A stretch of DNA of 64,000 bases from Eledone cirrhosa (GCA_964016885.1 OZ024745.1:112964001-113028000); one strand, 5' to 3'. Positions 41,988 to 58,026 are shown, counted from the stretch's first letter. Numbers and translations are program-made. Notes: a model not told the origin generated them from the letters alone.

Positions 41988-43250
41988 ATTCATACACTGC
42001 CCGGGCGTCACTGACCTGTGGGGCTATGTAGAACGACTATTGTCGCGGGTGGGACCAATCCGGTTGACCACCGAGTCCATTGTCATGATCAAACCGCCAC
42101 CCTCCTTCAAAAACGAAGGAGAGGCGGTTTTCCTTTGTGTGATAGCTATGGCGAAAGAGGTTGTATGGTGGACAAGGTTGAAAGGGCTGAGGTCAGACAC
42201 CTTTCTCTCCGGCCAACAACTGATTCTTTTTTTCAAATACCACTTTGGAAGAAGAATCAGGATGGAGAGAGAGGTGCTGTACCCCAGCAAGTTTTATGAA
42301 AGGTGGGTGAAAGTGGCGAGAATGGCCCGAGTGAATGGGCCTTCTCTCTATATCAGCCTGTAGGTTGAGGAAAAGGAGGAGGAGAGGAAAGGAGTACAAG
42401 CTCTTCGTACTCCTGGAGATGAGGGTTGCACATTTTTTTTCGGGGGTATGTGTTACCCATATAAACTGTCTCCCTCTATTGGGGAAAATCGACTAACTTT
42501 TTAAATTCCATTTGTGATAACATTTTACACGTTTTTATTGTATGTAAACTTCCCCCTTTGTATTTGTCCCCTTCTTTTGTGCCCCTGTGGCTAATAAAGA
42601 AATATATCTATCTATCTATCTATCATTCATACACTGCCCGGGCGTCACTGACCTGTGGGGCTATGTAGAACGACTATTGTCGCGGGTGGGACCAATCCGA
42701 TTGACCACCGAGTCCATTGTCATGATCAAACCGCCACCCTCCTTCAAAAACGAAGAAGAGGCGGTTTTCCTTTGTGTGATAGCTATGGCGAAAGAGGTTC
42801 TATGGTGGACAAGGTTGAAAGGGCTGAGGTCAGACACCTTTCTCTCCGGCCAACAACTGATTCTTTTTTTCAAATACCACTTTGGAAGAAGAATCAGGAC
42901 GGAGAGAGAGGTGCTGTACCCCAGCAAGTTTTATGAAAGGTGGGTGAAAGTGGCGAGAATGGCCCGAGTGAATGGGCTTTCTCTCTATATCAGCCTGTAG
43001 GTTGAGGAAAAGGAGGAGGAGAGGAAAGGAGTACAAACTCTTCGTACTCCTGGAGATGAGGGTTTCACATTTTTCGGGGGTATGTGTTACCCATATGAAC
43101 TGTCTCCCCCTATTGGGGAAAATCGACTAATTTTTTAAATTGCATTTGTGATAACATTTTACACGTTTTTATTGTATGTAAACTTCCCCCTTTGTATTTG
43201 TCCCCTTCTTTTGTGCCCCTGTGGCTAATAAAGAAATATATCTATCTATA
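41988..43250 (+). mobile_element. Two tandem 5'-truncated Tx1 LINE 3' ends (637-bp period) in (TATC)n
   Basis: FIHCPGVTDLWGYVE..MAKEVVWWTRLKG..ERWVKVARMARVNG homologous to 30816-31200; both start CATTCATACACTGC and end AATAAAGAAATA(TATC)n. Confidence 0.92.
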
Positions 43251-43311
43251 TATGCCCCCTCTTTATCTCTCTCTCTATCGGTCTGCCAATCTTCCCCCCC
43301 CCCCTACCCCC

Positions 43312-43357
<46 letters not shown>

Positions 43358-44012
43358 GCCCCTCATTATCTCTCTCTCCCCCTTTCTCTCTTCCTCCCCC
43401 TCTCTCTCTATCTATCTATCAATCTGCCTGCCTATCTATCAACATACCTACCTTGTTATGTATGTATCTATCTATCTCCCCCTCTATTTATCAGTTTATC
43501 CATCCCCTTTGTTATCTGTCCACCTGTTTGTCTGTATCTGTCCCCTATGCTCTCCATCTATTATTTTCTCCTTCTAATTTTCTAATTCTCTCTCTGCATC
43601 TATCTTTCTTTATACTTCCTTCTTTCTACTTTCTCCTAATATCACTCTACTAGCTGCTTCAACAGATTGATACCGTGCTTTGCCATCTCTTAATAACTAT
43701 CATGAATTACCCTAATATATACAATCAATCAGAATACGCAGTGTGAGTTCTACCTGACAATGAGTTAATTTGGTGAACCACAGCGATCTAATTTATGCAG
43801 CTATTTGGATTATTGCTGATTCAACAGAATAAAACATTTTGAACAAGAAGCGTTGTAATTCACTATCCCAGCTATTGTAAATTATGAAGTACATATAAAT
43901 CACGCGGACGTCAGCTGCCAATGGATCCCCCCATGCTACATAACGCTTCAGATAATCTCATGAGGATTTCAGTAACCTATATTTCAAGAAATTTGGTCAA
44001 TGCTTTTAGCAC

Positions 44013-44092
<80 letters not shown>

Positions 44093-44149
44093 AGTCCAGG
44101 CTTCAGTTATCCAAAGTCTCTAAAATGGAAGAGTTAGGACGCCACATAC

Positions 44150-44800
44150 CTTGTCCCGCACGAACCACCTACTGCGATTAGAGGCGGGACTGTTATTTCT
44201 GCGTTGGCTTGAAAGCATCAATGCCTGTCTAATATTTGCATCATGATAAATGCGAAAGCTGACGGTGTTTATCGAAACCGGTGACCGCCCAACTGTTGCC
44301 CGGATCAAGCTGGGCATAGCAATGAAAGATGGCGCCGATGAATAGCCTCAACGGCAACGATGGCAACCAAGCCGCCGCCAATCACTGACAACACTGAACG
44401 TCTTTTCATCTGACTTATGAGTATGACATGCATTAATTCAAGAATTGCTACAGTTATTCACTCAGCCTGCGATGAGGAATAAGGACTCGACATTAGGTCA
44501 AGTTTCTGAGGCATACTCTCTTTCACCATTCGTCTTCGGTACGAATTTACATTTGCATGGTTTAAGCTTTGAAATAAGTATATGGCTGCTGGCCGGATCA
44601 GAAAGGTATCAACAACAGATTTCGAAGACCACCACCACCACCACCACCAACAACAATAACAACGACGAGGATAGGTGGCGTCTTGTCTTTCTCGCCTTTC
44701 TCTCCAACAACCACTTAGGAGGAGTAGACAGAGGCGATGGAAATGTTCAACTTCTTCCATATCAGCCATTCACTGCTGTGGCGATTATATAATCAAGCGG
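44150..44800 (-). other. Candidate host-gene first exon (5' UTR, possibly a short coding start)
   Basis: Repeat-free, CpG-richer unique sequence ending in consensus donor AAG|GTATGT at 44150/44149; ATG at 44317 is open to the donor in phase 0; no homology recognised. Confidence 0.3.
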
Positions 44801-46374
44801 TTAACGACATCGACCTTACATTTACATCTCTTGGGGTGTACACGGGAAAGCGGAACGGAGTTACTCGCCGACAGCTGCTTAATTAATGAAAGAAAGAACT
44901 CTACATTCAAGATGCATTTAGTTGTATTTTCATAACCGTTAAAAAAGTGAGTATTATGGTTCTTTGCTGCACTAATTATGAAATTCAATCGGAAAAAAAA
45001 ATCTGAAATTTGACTTTAAGAGTGAGATCGATCATGACAATTCTGGAGTTCATACAACTGCTATTAAAATATAAGAAAGTTTGAAATTCAGCTTCAGAGA
45101 AATCATTCACCTTTCACGCAGCTCTTATTTCACTCCCATTGGAAGGTCAACGATTCTTATGCTAGTAAATAAAAGCAGAACGGCTGTCTCCAATGTTATA
45201 AATATTCCAAATCGAATATTCCAAGGAGACAGTTTGTATGGTAATAGTGAATAGATAAAAGGAAAATAATAGCAAAAAAACTTTCAAATAGGACAGAAGA
45301 ATGAAACAAACCCCAACAGGACCCGACCTTCAGCTGTCTCTTTCAGACATCCACGCCCGAAACTATGTCGCAATGTAAAACAAACTATTATAATTCAGTC
45401 TGCGAGTTTTACAAAGCAATGTAAAACGTGACAAAAGGAACACACCCTGAACGGCGACACCGTGGAAAAAATATATATAGCTGAAATCATATAATCATAT
45501 ACCAACGAACGACAGAGTAGAGCGTGTTTGTGTATGTGTGGCCTACACGTATGTTTGCAAACAGATATAATTTATATTTATACTGACCAAATATTTGAGA
45601 TTTAAGATGTGAAGTATAACCGAAAGTAGATCCTTAACACTTCATTCAAAATCAAAAAGCAGTCGTTTCACAAATCCATATAACAAATGAAAGGTAAATG
45701 CCAGAAGACTAGAATTTAAGAATGCAGCAGAACTATTCAGGAATAGATCGTTGTGATGCAATATATATATTTGCAGAGATTTCTAGCGACGGAATGGTTT
45801 GTGGTGTTGAAGACGGTATTTGTTGAGGTAGTAAAAGAACAGTGGTGGCAATGGATGGCTAATTGTGTTCATGATGAAAAGTTTAAAGGGGTGGTGATGG
45901 TAATGGAAGTGTTGTAGTGATGAAAGTGTTGTGATTTTACGAAAGGTTCAACACGACAAAATTATTTTAGAGAAAGCAATCATTTATGTATTTTTAATGT
46001 AAATGTTCAAAATCTTTCTTAAACACAATTCAACGGCTTTTGTTCCATCAGACTGGAGTGTTTTATTGCTAGAAAACAAATTCTAAATCCCACGATTAAA
46101 TGTTGCTACGGTCTTGACATAATTTATCACTTTACGTATTCCTGTGAACTGGCATTAATTTGATTTAAATGTCTATGAGACCATGAGGAACCACAGGTTA
46201 TTTTATATAGTTTTATGCTATTATTATAATTATGTATAGAGCTTTGGATGGCTGAGTGATTGCAGCGTTTGATGTATTTAGCTATGTCTCTTTAGGTTCT
46301 TAGTTCAAATTGATATGAAAATCTGTGGCTTCGTACCATCATAAGTAATCATTTTCCGTATTATTGTTTCAATT

Positions 46375-46590
46375 AGGGCGGCGGATTGGCTGTATCGTTA
46401 GAGCGTCGCGTCGGACACTAATCTTTGCGGCATAGAGTTATGTCACTTTACGTTCTGAGTTCAAATCCCGTCGAGTTTAGCTTTTCCTTTCATCCTTACG
46501 GGGTAGATAAAATAAAGTACCAGTAATACACTGTGGTTGATTTAATCGACTTCCCCCTCTCCCCAGATTGCTGGCCTTGTGCCTATCATT
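46375..46590 (+). mobile_element. Meta-domain SINE (longer-tail subfamily)
   Basis: A/B boxes and core. Confidence 0.8.
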
Positions 46591-46953
46591 ATTGTTTCAG
46601 TTATCTGATAGCTTATGTGCTTCTACTGCACAATCTAGTGCAACTATGTGTGTCTTGTACACGTGCTGTGTTTTGGTTTATTTTTATTTTTGTTTTGCAT
46701 TGTATTGAATATTCTTCATCTTTGTATGCAGTAGCTGTTAGTGTTATTTCCAGTACATTGACTTGTATATGTCCTGGGGACTTGCTTATGGATTTGTTTT
46801 CATCACCTTTAATATATAATAACCCGGAATATCAGAAGTGTTTGTTGCTTGCCCCAATATTAGATGTCATGTTTGATATCCTATAGAGTGGAGAGAAAAA
46901 AAGAAAGAAAGAGAGAGAGAGAGAGCGGCAAGAATACTTAACGAGAGGCGCGT

Positions 46954-46984
<31 letters not shown>

Positions 46985-47349
46985 AACACACACAAACACA
47001 AACACATATAAACACACATACAAACACACACACACACATAAGTAATCGTCGTCTGCTGAGACAATAGCGGCGTATACTTATACTGTTTGTACAAAGTTGT
47101 TTTCCTTCCATCATTTCTTCATTATTTTCGATGAATAGAATATACACATATGAACGTATGTATGTATTTCCTCAATTCCTTTTTCATATTTTCTCAAATC
47201 ACTTCTTTCTTTTAACACTATTTGTATAGTATTTGAGTGTGAGCAGTTCTAGTGAATCTTTTTGGAATACGTAGGGAATTCACTTTACTTTTATTAATAC
47301 ATTTATACATTTTTATTGTTTTGTGTACTGTTAATCACAGGGGCAAACA

Positions 47350-47600
47350 ATGCTGCCAGAATCATCTGACTTACGACGAGTAACACTAGTATTTTATAAT
47401 ATTCAAGGAACCTATTACTATAGGGATTATTTCTGTGAAAATTCCCACATTATGTTCATCCTTATTTCTACAATTTAATATTTCTTTAATTTCTTTATTA
47501 TCTTTAGTGATACATTATAGTTTGTTTATGCATCTAATTCCATCCTGTTTAACGCTTTCCGGTTTCGACCCCAAAATATCGTTTTTGCCATTGTCTTAGT
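47350..47600 (-). mobile_element. Very old R4/Dong-like endonuclease remnant
   Basis: ..IMWEF..IIPIVIGSL resembles RIWN..VVPIVIGALG at 50369-50620. Confidence 0.35.
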
Positions 47601-47918
47601 ATGATATCTTTTTTAGCCTATTTAAAAGTTACATTTTAGTTTCTTCCCATTTTTTCTCTCCAACTATCTGTTTCATATTTCTTGTCTTTTTGTAAAACAG
47701 AAAACAGTTACTTTTGTTTCGTTGTTTATACACACAAACCCATGCTGTAATTTCCCCTTAAGATGACAGTTGGATTTCCGTTGAGTCTTTGATGAAAGAT
47801 AGAATACTGCTCTGTGCTGCGTCTTTGGTATTTTGAAAATAAACTCTACTCATATCTGTTTTAACGACGATAAAAATTCAACGAAATGTGTCTGGAAGAT
47901 GCAGTTCTTTCTTTCATT

Positions 47919-48100
47919 TGGCAGTATCGGTAGAGGGTAGGACGCCATGCTTTGCAGCAAAGAGTTACGGCCCTTTATGGTCTGAGTTCAATTCTCGCCG
48001 AGGTTAACTTTGCCTTTCATCCTTACGGGGTCGATAAAATAAAGTACTTGTAATACACTGGGATAATTGCTGGCCTTGTGGCAAAACTAGAAACAATTAA
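47919..48100 (+). mobile_element. Meta-domain SINE
   Basis: Full-length match to 23030 copy. Confidence 0.88.
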
Positions 48101-49696
48101 TTTTGCAGCTATCGATATATAACTCTGTACCCCTGTCCCACATAGTCCACAAGTGATGTAAATGCAAAGTCGTTGTAAAATATTTTTTAGTTCTACAATT
48201 AATATATTATAATACATAATTTTCTTGTATTCACGGTAAATATGATATTCTTGGGTAACATTTTGGGAAGAATATTATAAATGCAGTAGCTACGTTTTTG
48301 TTTTCTCTGTATTCTTGGTAATTTACTTATTTCTGTTTAATAATTAATCTCACACTTCTAGTTCAATAACTCATAAGTATTTTAAAGTCTGTTTTGTCTA
48401 ATTCTTTTATCTCTATATCTTCATTTAACATGGCAGCGTTTTAATTAACTTTTCCTCCATTAAAATTTGCTTGGCACAATTTTCTAACACGAATTTTAAT
48501 TAAATTCCTCTCATAAATTCGTGTAATGTCTGTAGTGGTGTTTCTAATTGTGATGGACGCCCTTGTGGCATAAATGATCCCTGATAATTTCTTCAACGTG
48601 AAATATACAGCTTGCCTTGTCAAATTTAAGTCGCGTGCTCCACTAGGACATGAAGGATTGAAAGTCAGATGGCAGAGTCGCAACTTGGCAAAACAGTTGC
48701 TGTTGGATTTTTAATTCAGCAGTACGACGTTCAATGGTTCAGGGAGACGCTTATCAAGGACCTGTAGTGGATTTTAGTGCATGCTTCTAGGGCTGTCAAG
48801 AATGTTCAGAAAAAGACGTAAAAAGCCGATAACTGCTTCTGAAATGTAGTTGAAGTGAAGTGGCTGTACAAGGCAAAAATCGCCTGGTTGGAATGGCTTG
48901 CCCTGTGAGATTTACGTGTATATATATACCAGATTTGTTCACAGACATAAAGAAATTATTGGATTCAATCAATTTTCCACTGCTTGGACATTTCCACTTA
49001 TTGGTAGAGAAGCAGTTTAAATAAATGAATAAAAATCTATAGAAATATTACGGAAGACTAGAAATTGTATTAATATAAAGAAAATATGACTGAAATAACC
49101 ACAAATTTTGTTTGTTATAGCAATAGTAATAGATTAGGAAATATTCGATCAGGCTTAGGTAGTCAATCATATCGTTATAGCAAAATATATCGCACACTGA
49201 ACACACAACTAGACATGAATTAAATGCAAATACTAAGAACATATAAGGTAGATTTAAACAAACCATTTCTTTTCTCAATAGAGTATTATTGATGTATTCA
49301 GATAATTTCATAGAGAAATCTCCACTTCTTCTAAGAAGCAATATAGTGAAAATATCACACCTAAACAAATTTTTCTATGAGGTCCATGAACGATCAAAGT
49401 ATTTGCCTCTTTTGTTAATGGAATAAGTAAGAAAAAAATAAACGAATTATATTTGGCAAACTGGTTTTCAGCCAACCTATGAAGAAATTTGGGAGTTGGT
49501 AAGATACCAATGAATCTTTATAGTCATTCATATGGTTCGCCATGTCCATGGGTTCCTAGAGATTTCTATCAGATTAATATACATTTATAAGTTCACACGA
49601 ATATTCTAAAGCGCAAACTATTATAGTTTATATAAACACACACACACATACACACACACACACACGTGTGCGCGCGCGCGTGTGTGTATGTATAAA

Positions 49697-50005
49697 GGTG
49701 CGTGTCTTAGTGGTTAGAGCGTTGAGCTCACAATCATAAGATTGTGAGTTCGAATTTCGGACCGGGCGGTGCGTTGTGTTCTTGAGCAAAACATTTTATT
49801 TTACGTTGCTCCAGTTCACTCAGTTCCAAATGAGTTGCGTCACCATTACGTCGGCCAATTGCTTTTAGATAATACCGGTGGCGTGAGGAGAGACTGGCAT
49901 GCATGGGTGACAGCTGGTCTTCCACAAAAACACCTTTCCTAGGCTTGTGCATCGGAGGAGAACTTTCTAGGCACAAAACCATGGTAATTCGTGACCGAAG
50001 GGTGT
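49697..50005 (+). mobile_element. Second tRNA-derived SINE family with CORE-like block
   Basis: TAGTGGTTAGAGCG..GAGTTCGAATT head; TTGTGTTCTTGAGCAAAACATTTTA block. Confidence 0.7.
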
Positions 50006-50067
50006 CTACGATTTGTGCGATGTCTGTGTGTGCTTGTGCCTCTGCTTTTGTATACATACATAATATA

Positions 50068-50237
50068 TAGAGTTACGGCCATTTACATCAAATCTCGCCG
50101 AGGTTAGCTTTGTCTTTCGTCAATACAGGGTCAATAAAATAAAGCACCAGTCACCAATGGGGTTGATTTAATCGACTCTCGCCTTCCACAAAATTGCAGG
50201 TCTTGTGTTTAAATTTGAAATTATTATTATTATTATT
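50068..50237 (+). mobile_element. Diverged Meta-domain SINE ending in (TTA)n
   Basis: Core and tail recognisable. Confidence 0.7.
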
Positions 50238-51020
50238 GTTCTTTGAGTCTCAGTCATTGATGTTATTTAACTGGAAAGTTTGTTGAAATGAATATCAAGC
50301 CACTACATGCAGACTCAGACATTCAGGACGTATCGGAGGGTTCTTGCTGTTCCTAGCAAGCATGCCTTTTAGAGTGTTCCAAAAAGCGGGGCTGGACTAA
50401 TCTTCTTTAACCATGCTTGGAAACTCTTTGAGATAGTACCTAGTGCGCCTATGACAATCGGGACGACCTTGATTTCATGGCAGTTCCAAATCCTTTTTAA
50501 CTTCCACTTTAAATCCTGGTATTGGTTAATTTTGTCCCTCTCCTTTTCTTGCATTCTCGTGTCGAATGGGCAGGCCACATCTACAATCAGGCACGATCTT
50601 TTTACCTTGTCCAAAACCACCAGGTCAGGCCTATAGTGTTCTAATTTTTTGTCCTAAAATCCCACAGCACCTCCACCTGATCGTTTTCTATCACCAACTC
50701 TGGTTTATGCTCATACCACTTCTCCGAATGTGGTAAATTGTTTACTTTGCATAGATGCCAGTGGATCACCCTGCCTATCACATCATGTCTCCAGCCTTTA
50801 TAGTGAGACTGGGCTAAGTGTTTACACTCGGATACAATGTGAGCCAGTCTCCTCTTTCTCTACACAGATCCTACACAGTGAGCTAGCCTCCTCCTGGTAA
50901 ATATGGTGTTTCAGCCACTTCGTTTTGAGGGCCTGCTCTTGCACAGCCATTAGAATTCCTTCTGTAGCCTTTTTAAGGTCTCCTCTTTTTAAACAGTTCC
51001 ATGTCTGTGGATCTCTAAAT
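50238..51020 (-). pseudogene. 5'-truncated R4/Dong-clade LINE (CCHC + restriction-like endonuclease) with (AAT)n tail
   Basis: WLKHHIY..CRIC..HIVSECKHLAQ..RHD..RPDLVVLDKVKRSCLIVDVACPFD..KINQYQDLKW..VVPIVIGALG. Confidence 0.88.
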
Positions 51021-51061
51021 TTCTTCTTCTTCTTCTTCTTCTTCTTCTTCTTCTTCTTCTT

Positions 51062-51092
<31 letters not shown>

Positions 51093-51123
51093 TTATTATT
51101 ATTATTATTATTATATCAGTCAA

Positions 51124-51290
51124 AAACTTGACTGTCACCACTGAATATGAACCTGAAGATTGCGAAAGCATGAAAGTACTTGTTCAATTAACATTTAATA
51201 TTCTAGCATACTATTTCATTTTAATATCATTATAATTTTAAAGGATTGTAAATGAAACGAGTAAATCAGACAAAGTTGGAATTCCTTTTA

Positions 51291-51294
<4 letters not shown>
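51124..51294 (+). mobile_element. Solo Neptune-type pLTR with hammerhead motif at 51148-51186
   Basis: Near-identical to 35768-35939; followed by (TA)n. Confidence 0.88.
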
Positions 51295-51349
<55 letters not shown>

Positions 51350-51911
51350 GAAAATAGAGAAATTAATGTAAGCAAAAAGCCGACAATAATTCAGACATAT
51401 AAGGGACTATAACATCAAGATGAACAATTTTTAACGTAAGATATGGGATAAATAATTCAATCTTAACTCAAAACAAGTCAAGACTTTGTGTAAGCTGGGG
51501 AAAAAAACCAATACAATCTTAACTCAAATATATGTGGATTACGATATATATATATATATATATAATTTTTTTTATGTGGACTGACAGTAATTGATTAAGG
51601 AACTGCAGAAACCCAAAAAGCTAGAATTTAACATCCTTCTAGCGGGTCCGGGTGAGTTTTTTACATTCATTTAATCTATTAATTTATTAACTTTTTATTT
51701 GATTGATCCGAATTTTCCTGGTCTTTTTTTCGGCTGTGCGATTGATTCTAAGCATCGTCTTTATGTGTTGGTATTTTAACGATAGTTATAGCTCTGGTTC
51801 ATCCAAACTATTGAGCCCTCTGCCACACATGTCGAAGTTTGTTTATCGTTATTTCGTGGGCCGAAATTCTGATTCTCGATTATATATATATATATATATA
51901 TATATCGTATT

Positions 51912-53700
<1,789 letters not shown>

Positions 53701-54680
53701 TTGTATATTAGTGTATACATACTTCTTGGCGCCATTGTGATCTATTGACAGTTTTGTCCATTTATGTATGCTTCTTTGGTACGTCACATCGATAATCTAA
53801 TGCAACCATGTTAAGAAAGAAGCATGCTACACCCAAACAGACATGATCGCGATACGCAATACTAGTTTATTCAATATATTTTAGTTTATAGCATTACTTC
53901 ACTTCCAGGCACTGAAATTTATTATCAGTTATTTTATTGAAGAAATATACATCACAAGGAAACATATCAATGCCAAATTAAACATTTTAAATTCACAATG
54001 TGATTGATGTATTTGAAATGCAGTTTTCTGAAAGTTCAGGGAAAACGCATTCATCAAAGTGATTAATGTTTAGTTTGTGAGGCTTCTGAAATATTTTACT
54101 TCATGTATAGCATAGACAGTATTTAGTCTTAAATAGACATTATCTTTAACACACTTGAACTGCCACAAGAAATATACGTAATGACTGTTATCTAGAAACC
54201 AGTACCTCTGAAACCAGTCTCACAGCACGTTTCCCTGGCGACCGATTTTACACTTACGCATATATAATACACATATACAAATATATAAATCCATATATGG
54301 AAAAATATGCACACATACACATTCACACACATACACACACTTACTTAGACATATGTGAAATGCTGAATCATTACAAGTTACAAGTAATAATGTCCGAATT
54401 TCTGAGAAGAATGATAAGACTAGTGTCCTTACATTGTTTAATACAACGAGTGAACAAGATAACTCAAATATAAATTTACATGTATCTAATATGTAGTCAT
54501 GTAAACATATCATGAAATATGAATTTCCCTGTAAATTAAAAATATGATAAACACCTTTAATCAAATTTTAAACCTTATTGAGTCCCCGTTAGAATGTGTG
54601 TATATCTTCCAAGCAAGCACAAGGAAACATGTATTTGATGGGCTTATATATTATATAATATATGATATCATATATCATAT

Positions 54681-54857
54681 CCTTTGGGAGCCCCTACATG
54701 GACACACTAGAAGAGGAAGACCAAGGTTAACATATGTTGATGCCCTAAGGACAGACACTGGTCTATTGGAGGCGCAGGACATGGCAGCGATAATGAGGGA
54801 CAGAGACCGCTGGAGAGAACTCGTCCATGGATCTCGGGAATTTTACCCGCCTTAGAG
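54681..54857 (+). mobile_element. 5'-truncated RTE-X-like LINE end with 11-bp TSD
   Basis: LWEPLHGHTRRGRPRLTYVDALRTDTGL..MRDRDRWRELV; TSD ATATATCATAT at 54670-54680 and 54858-54868. Confidence 0.85.
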
Positions 54858-54911
54858 ATATATCATATTTATACACACATTGAGGCAGTCTCGGTTACCC
54901 ATTCTATATGT

Positions 54912-55700
54912 ATGCAGTCGGCATGCTATAGCCAGGACGACGATTTCGAAACCCATTCCTTTCGCATGGCTTCCTGCTTCATCCAGCGTGGATATCCTCC
55001 CACCTTGATCCAAGCTGCTCTCACCCGCGCCCGTGAAACAGATAGCACCACAGCCCTCTCACCTCACCCCCACCCTCCAAACACCCGTGTTCCTTTCCTT
55101 CTCACCTACCACCCCATCACCATACCACTCCGGCGACATATCCTCCGTTCCTTCCGTATCCTCTCTTCTGACCCCGTCACTTCTCGCTTTTTTCCAAACC
55201 CACCCATTACTGCTTTTAAGCGCGCCCGAAACCTCCGCGACCTCCTGGTTCGCAGTTCTTTTTCGTCCTCTCCCACGACTCCACTCGGCTCTCATCCTTG
55301 TTCCCGTTCCCGCTGCAACACTTGTCCCTTTATTTCCACCTTCACCACACTTACAGGCCCTGACGGGTCTTTCTGTATCCGCCATTCCTTCACCTGCACA
55401 TCCACCCACGTTGTCTATGCCCTCCAGTGTTCCCTTTGCGGGTCTTTATATATCGGACAAACGGGACGCCGTACGGCGGACCGTTTTGCCGAACATTTGA
55501 GGGACATACGACTCGGTTTGGATACCCCTGTCGCCCGTCATTTCTGTTCTCCTGGTCATTTTTCCCTACATGTTTCAGTCCTGGATGTCCCTTTACATCA
55601 TGGATCACAGGTCTCGCGCACCAGGACTGAACAAAGTCTGATTCACCGTCTTGGGTTCTATTCCTCTCTTGGACTCAACTCACCTCTCCAATTTCTCTAA
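54912..55700 (+). pseudogene. 5'-truncated Neptune-type PLE ORF (thumb, CxxxxCxxC linker, GIY-YIG), frame open
   Basis: RGYP..VPFLLTYHP..AFKRARNLRDLLV..CSRSRCNTC..FTCTSTHVVYALQCSLCGSLYIGQTGR..RFAEH..PVARHF..E..LI..GLN; 3' UTR runs to ~56336, ending at (CA)n. Confidence 0.9.
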
Positions 55701-55892
55701 TACCCCGTCCATTATCACACCCCTAGATTCCTATCGCATTCTCTTGATCATTAGCAGCTTCTCTTACTACTAATACATGCCGATACACACCCTTATATTA
55801 ACATACTTTTGCTCATAGCTTCGTACTTACATGCACACACTCTTTTACTCACATATACACACACATTTCTTCTTAGCTTCGTACGGACCTAT

Positions 55893-55981
<89 letters not shown>

Positions 55982-56217
55982 CATGCTTACGCACGTGCTC
56001 AAGTATAGCTCTTTTTACAAAACGTTTTTTTCTTCCCATTTCAGGTAGACGCGCGCCATCATCCACTTTTCTAAAAAACAAATCATACACAAAACGCCAG
56101 CACCAACAGTTTTGCAAGAGATGTCAACATGAATAGACCTGTTATTTTTATCTAAAGACTTTTTTCCAATTCCATCCCGCCCGTCCCCTCAATCTATTTC
56201 ATTTCTCATTCTTTCTT

Positions 56218-56247
56218 CTGCTGAAGGACTAGCGTCCGAAACGTTAA
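56218..56247 (+). ncRNA. Degenerate minimal hammerhead motif of the 54912 PLE
   Basis: CTGCTGA-A-GGAC(TAGC)GTCC-GAAA-CGTTA; A6 position is C; palindromic AACGTT. Confidence 0.55.
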
Positions 56248-56359
56248 CACCCTCTTCCTGCTATATCAAGCGTTAGCCTAATATATACCTTCCATATACT
56301 GTACCGATTGTGTTGTTATTTCTGTTTACCTTTTACGCACACACACACGCACACACACG

Positions 56360-56424
<65 letters not shown>

Positions 56425-56425
56425 T

Positions 56426-56456
<31 letters not shown>

Positions 56457-56467
56457 TCACACACGCG

Positions 56468-56600
<133 letters not shown>

Positions 56601-57334
56601 ATATATATATAATTATAAGTTTAGAGTTCAGACAGATAAAATGTATCTAATAATAGATAAATGTTTACCGATATTCCCCTAGCCCCGACTGCTGGCAGTT
56701 TCGCTGGTGCTCTGTGGAAATGTGCAAGATCGCTGCACATGCACATTATCCATGAGGCGTCAAGCTTATCAACGGACTCCCTCAGTTAGGACCATTTTTT
56801 TACAAAGTGATCGTCGCTAGTAACACATTCAAAAGGAGCAAGGTTATCACGTGGCTAACGGTCAAGATAGAAGTGTTGTGAAGGGTAGACAGGTAACCAG
56901 TAAGTTCATTGCTAGAAGAAGCAATATATATAAATAGTAACGGCCTCCGGATCTTCGACCCGTTCTCTACTATGCTAAAATCCATTCATAAAGCACCTAC
57001 TGTCATCTGTCGCAATGTCCATTTTCTTTAGAATAAAATATGTTTGAAGGTATTTAAATATTGCATAACATAATAAAATAAAATATTTAGAATATCTAAA
57101 TACAGAAACTAATATAAAAAAATAACAGCAAAGTGAATTTTAGAAAATAACGATATATTTACAGAACTTCCATATAAACAGTTTTTTAAACTATTTTCTT
57201 TGGGGCTTACATGAAGAATTTGTGAGGTCTTCCTTGTCTGGAATAACGTAGATACAATTGATCATGTGAGAAACGCTTCTTCTAGAGGGAAACCAAACAA
57301 TCTGCAGGGTTAGCAACTTTATTTACTATTATTA

Positions 57335-57522
57335 GTGGGTTGGCAGTATCGGTAGAAGGTCGGATGCCATGCTTTGACGCATAGAGTTACGGCCCTTGCC
57401 ATTCTGAGTTCAAATCCCACCGAGGTTAACTTTGTCTTTCATACTTACGGGGTCGATAAAATAAAGTACCAGTAATGCACTGGGATAATTGCTGGCCTTG
57501 TGCCAAAAGTAGAAACAATTAT
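57335..57522 (+). mobile_element. Meta-domain SINE
   Basis: Full-length match. Confidence 0.9.
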
Positions 57523-57896
57523 TGGCGTTCAACGTACAAACAAACTTCCTTTTTATAAGTATATATATACACAATCGAGAGCCTTCTCCCCCCTGTTGGA
57601 AAGGACCTCTCCCTTGTTGACGTTGGCCTCCAACGTTTTCTGCTTGCATTTGATCATCTCAGGCGCGTAGCCATACTCACCGCATATGGTTTGTGAAGCT
57701 ATTTAACCCATAGTTGGGGTGCATGGCTGTTGACTCTGAGAATTTCCTCCATCCCTTAACAGCTCTTGGGTTTTGTGCTGCTGGGGTTCTACTTACCCTC
57801 CTCAACAGACCAGTTAACCCTGTTTAGTCGCCGACCCCGCGACCATGAAGCAGCTTGTACTGGGTTACATGAAACCAGTAGCAGACAGAAGCCTGA

Positions 57897-57992
<96 letters not shown>

Positions 57993-58026
57993 GTATAAAC
58001 ACAAATATATATGTATATATATATAT

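Noticed and set aside
44120-44317. WFVRDKVCG resembling the N-terminal motif of ZDHHC3/7 palmitoyltransferases
   Set aside because: Spacing is off, no following transmembrane segment, and the frame stops shortly after
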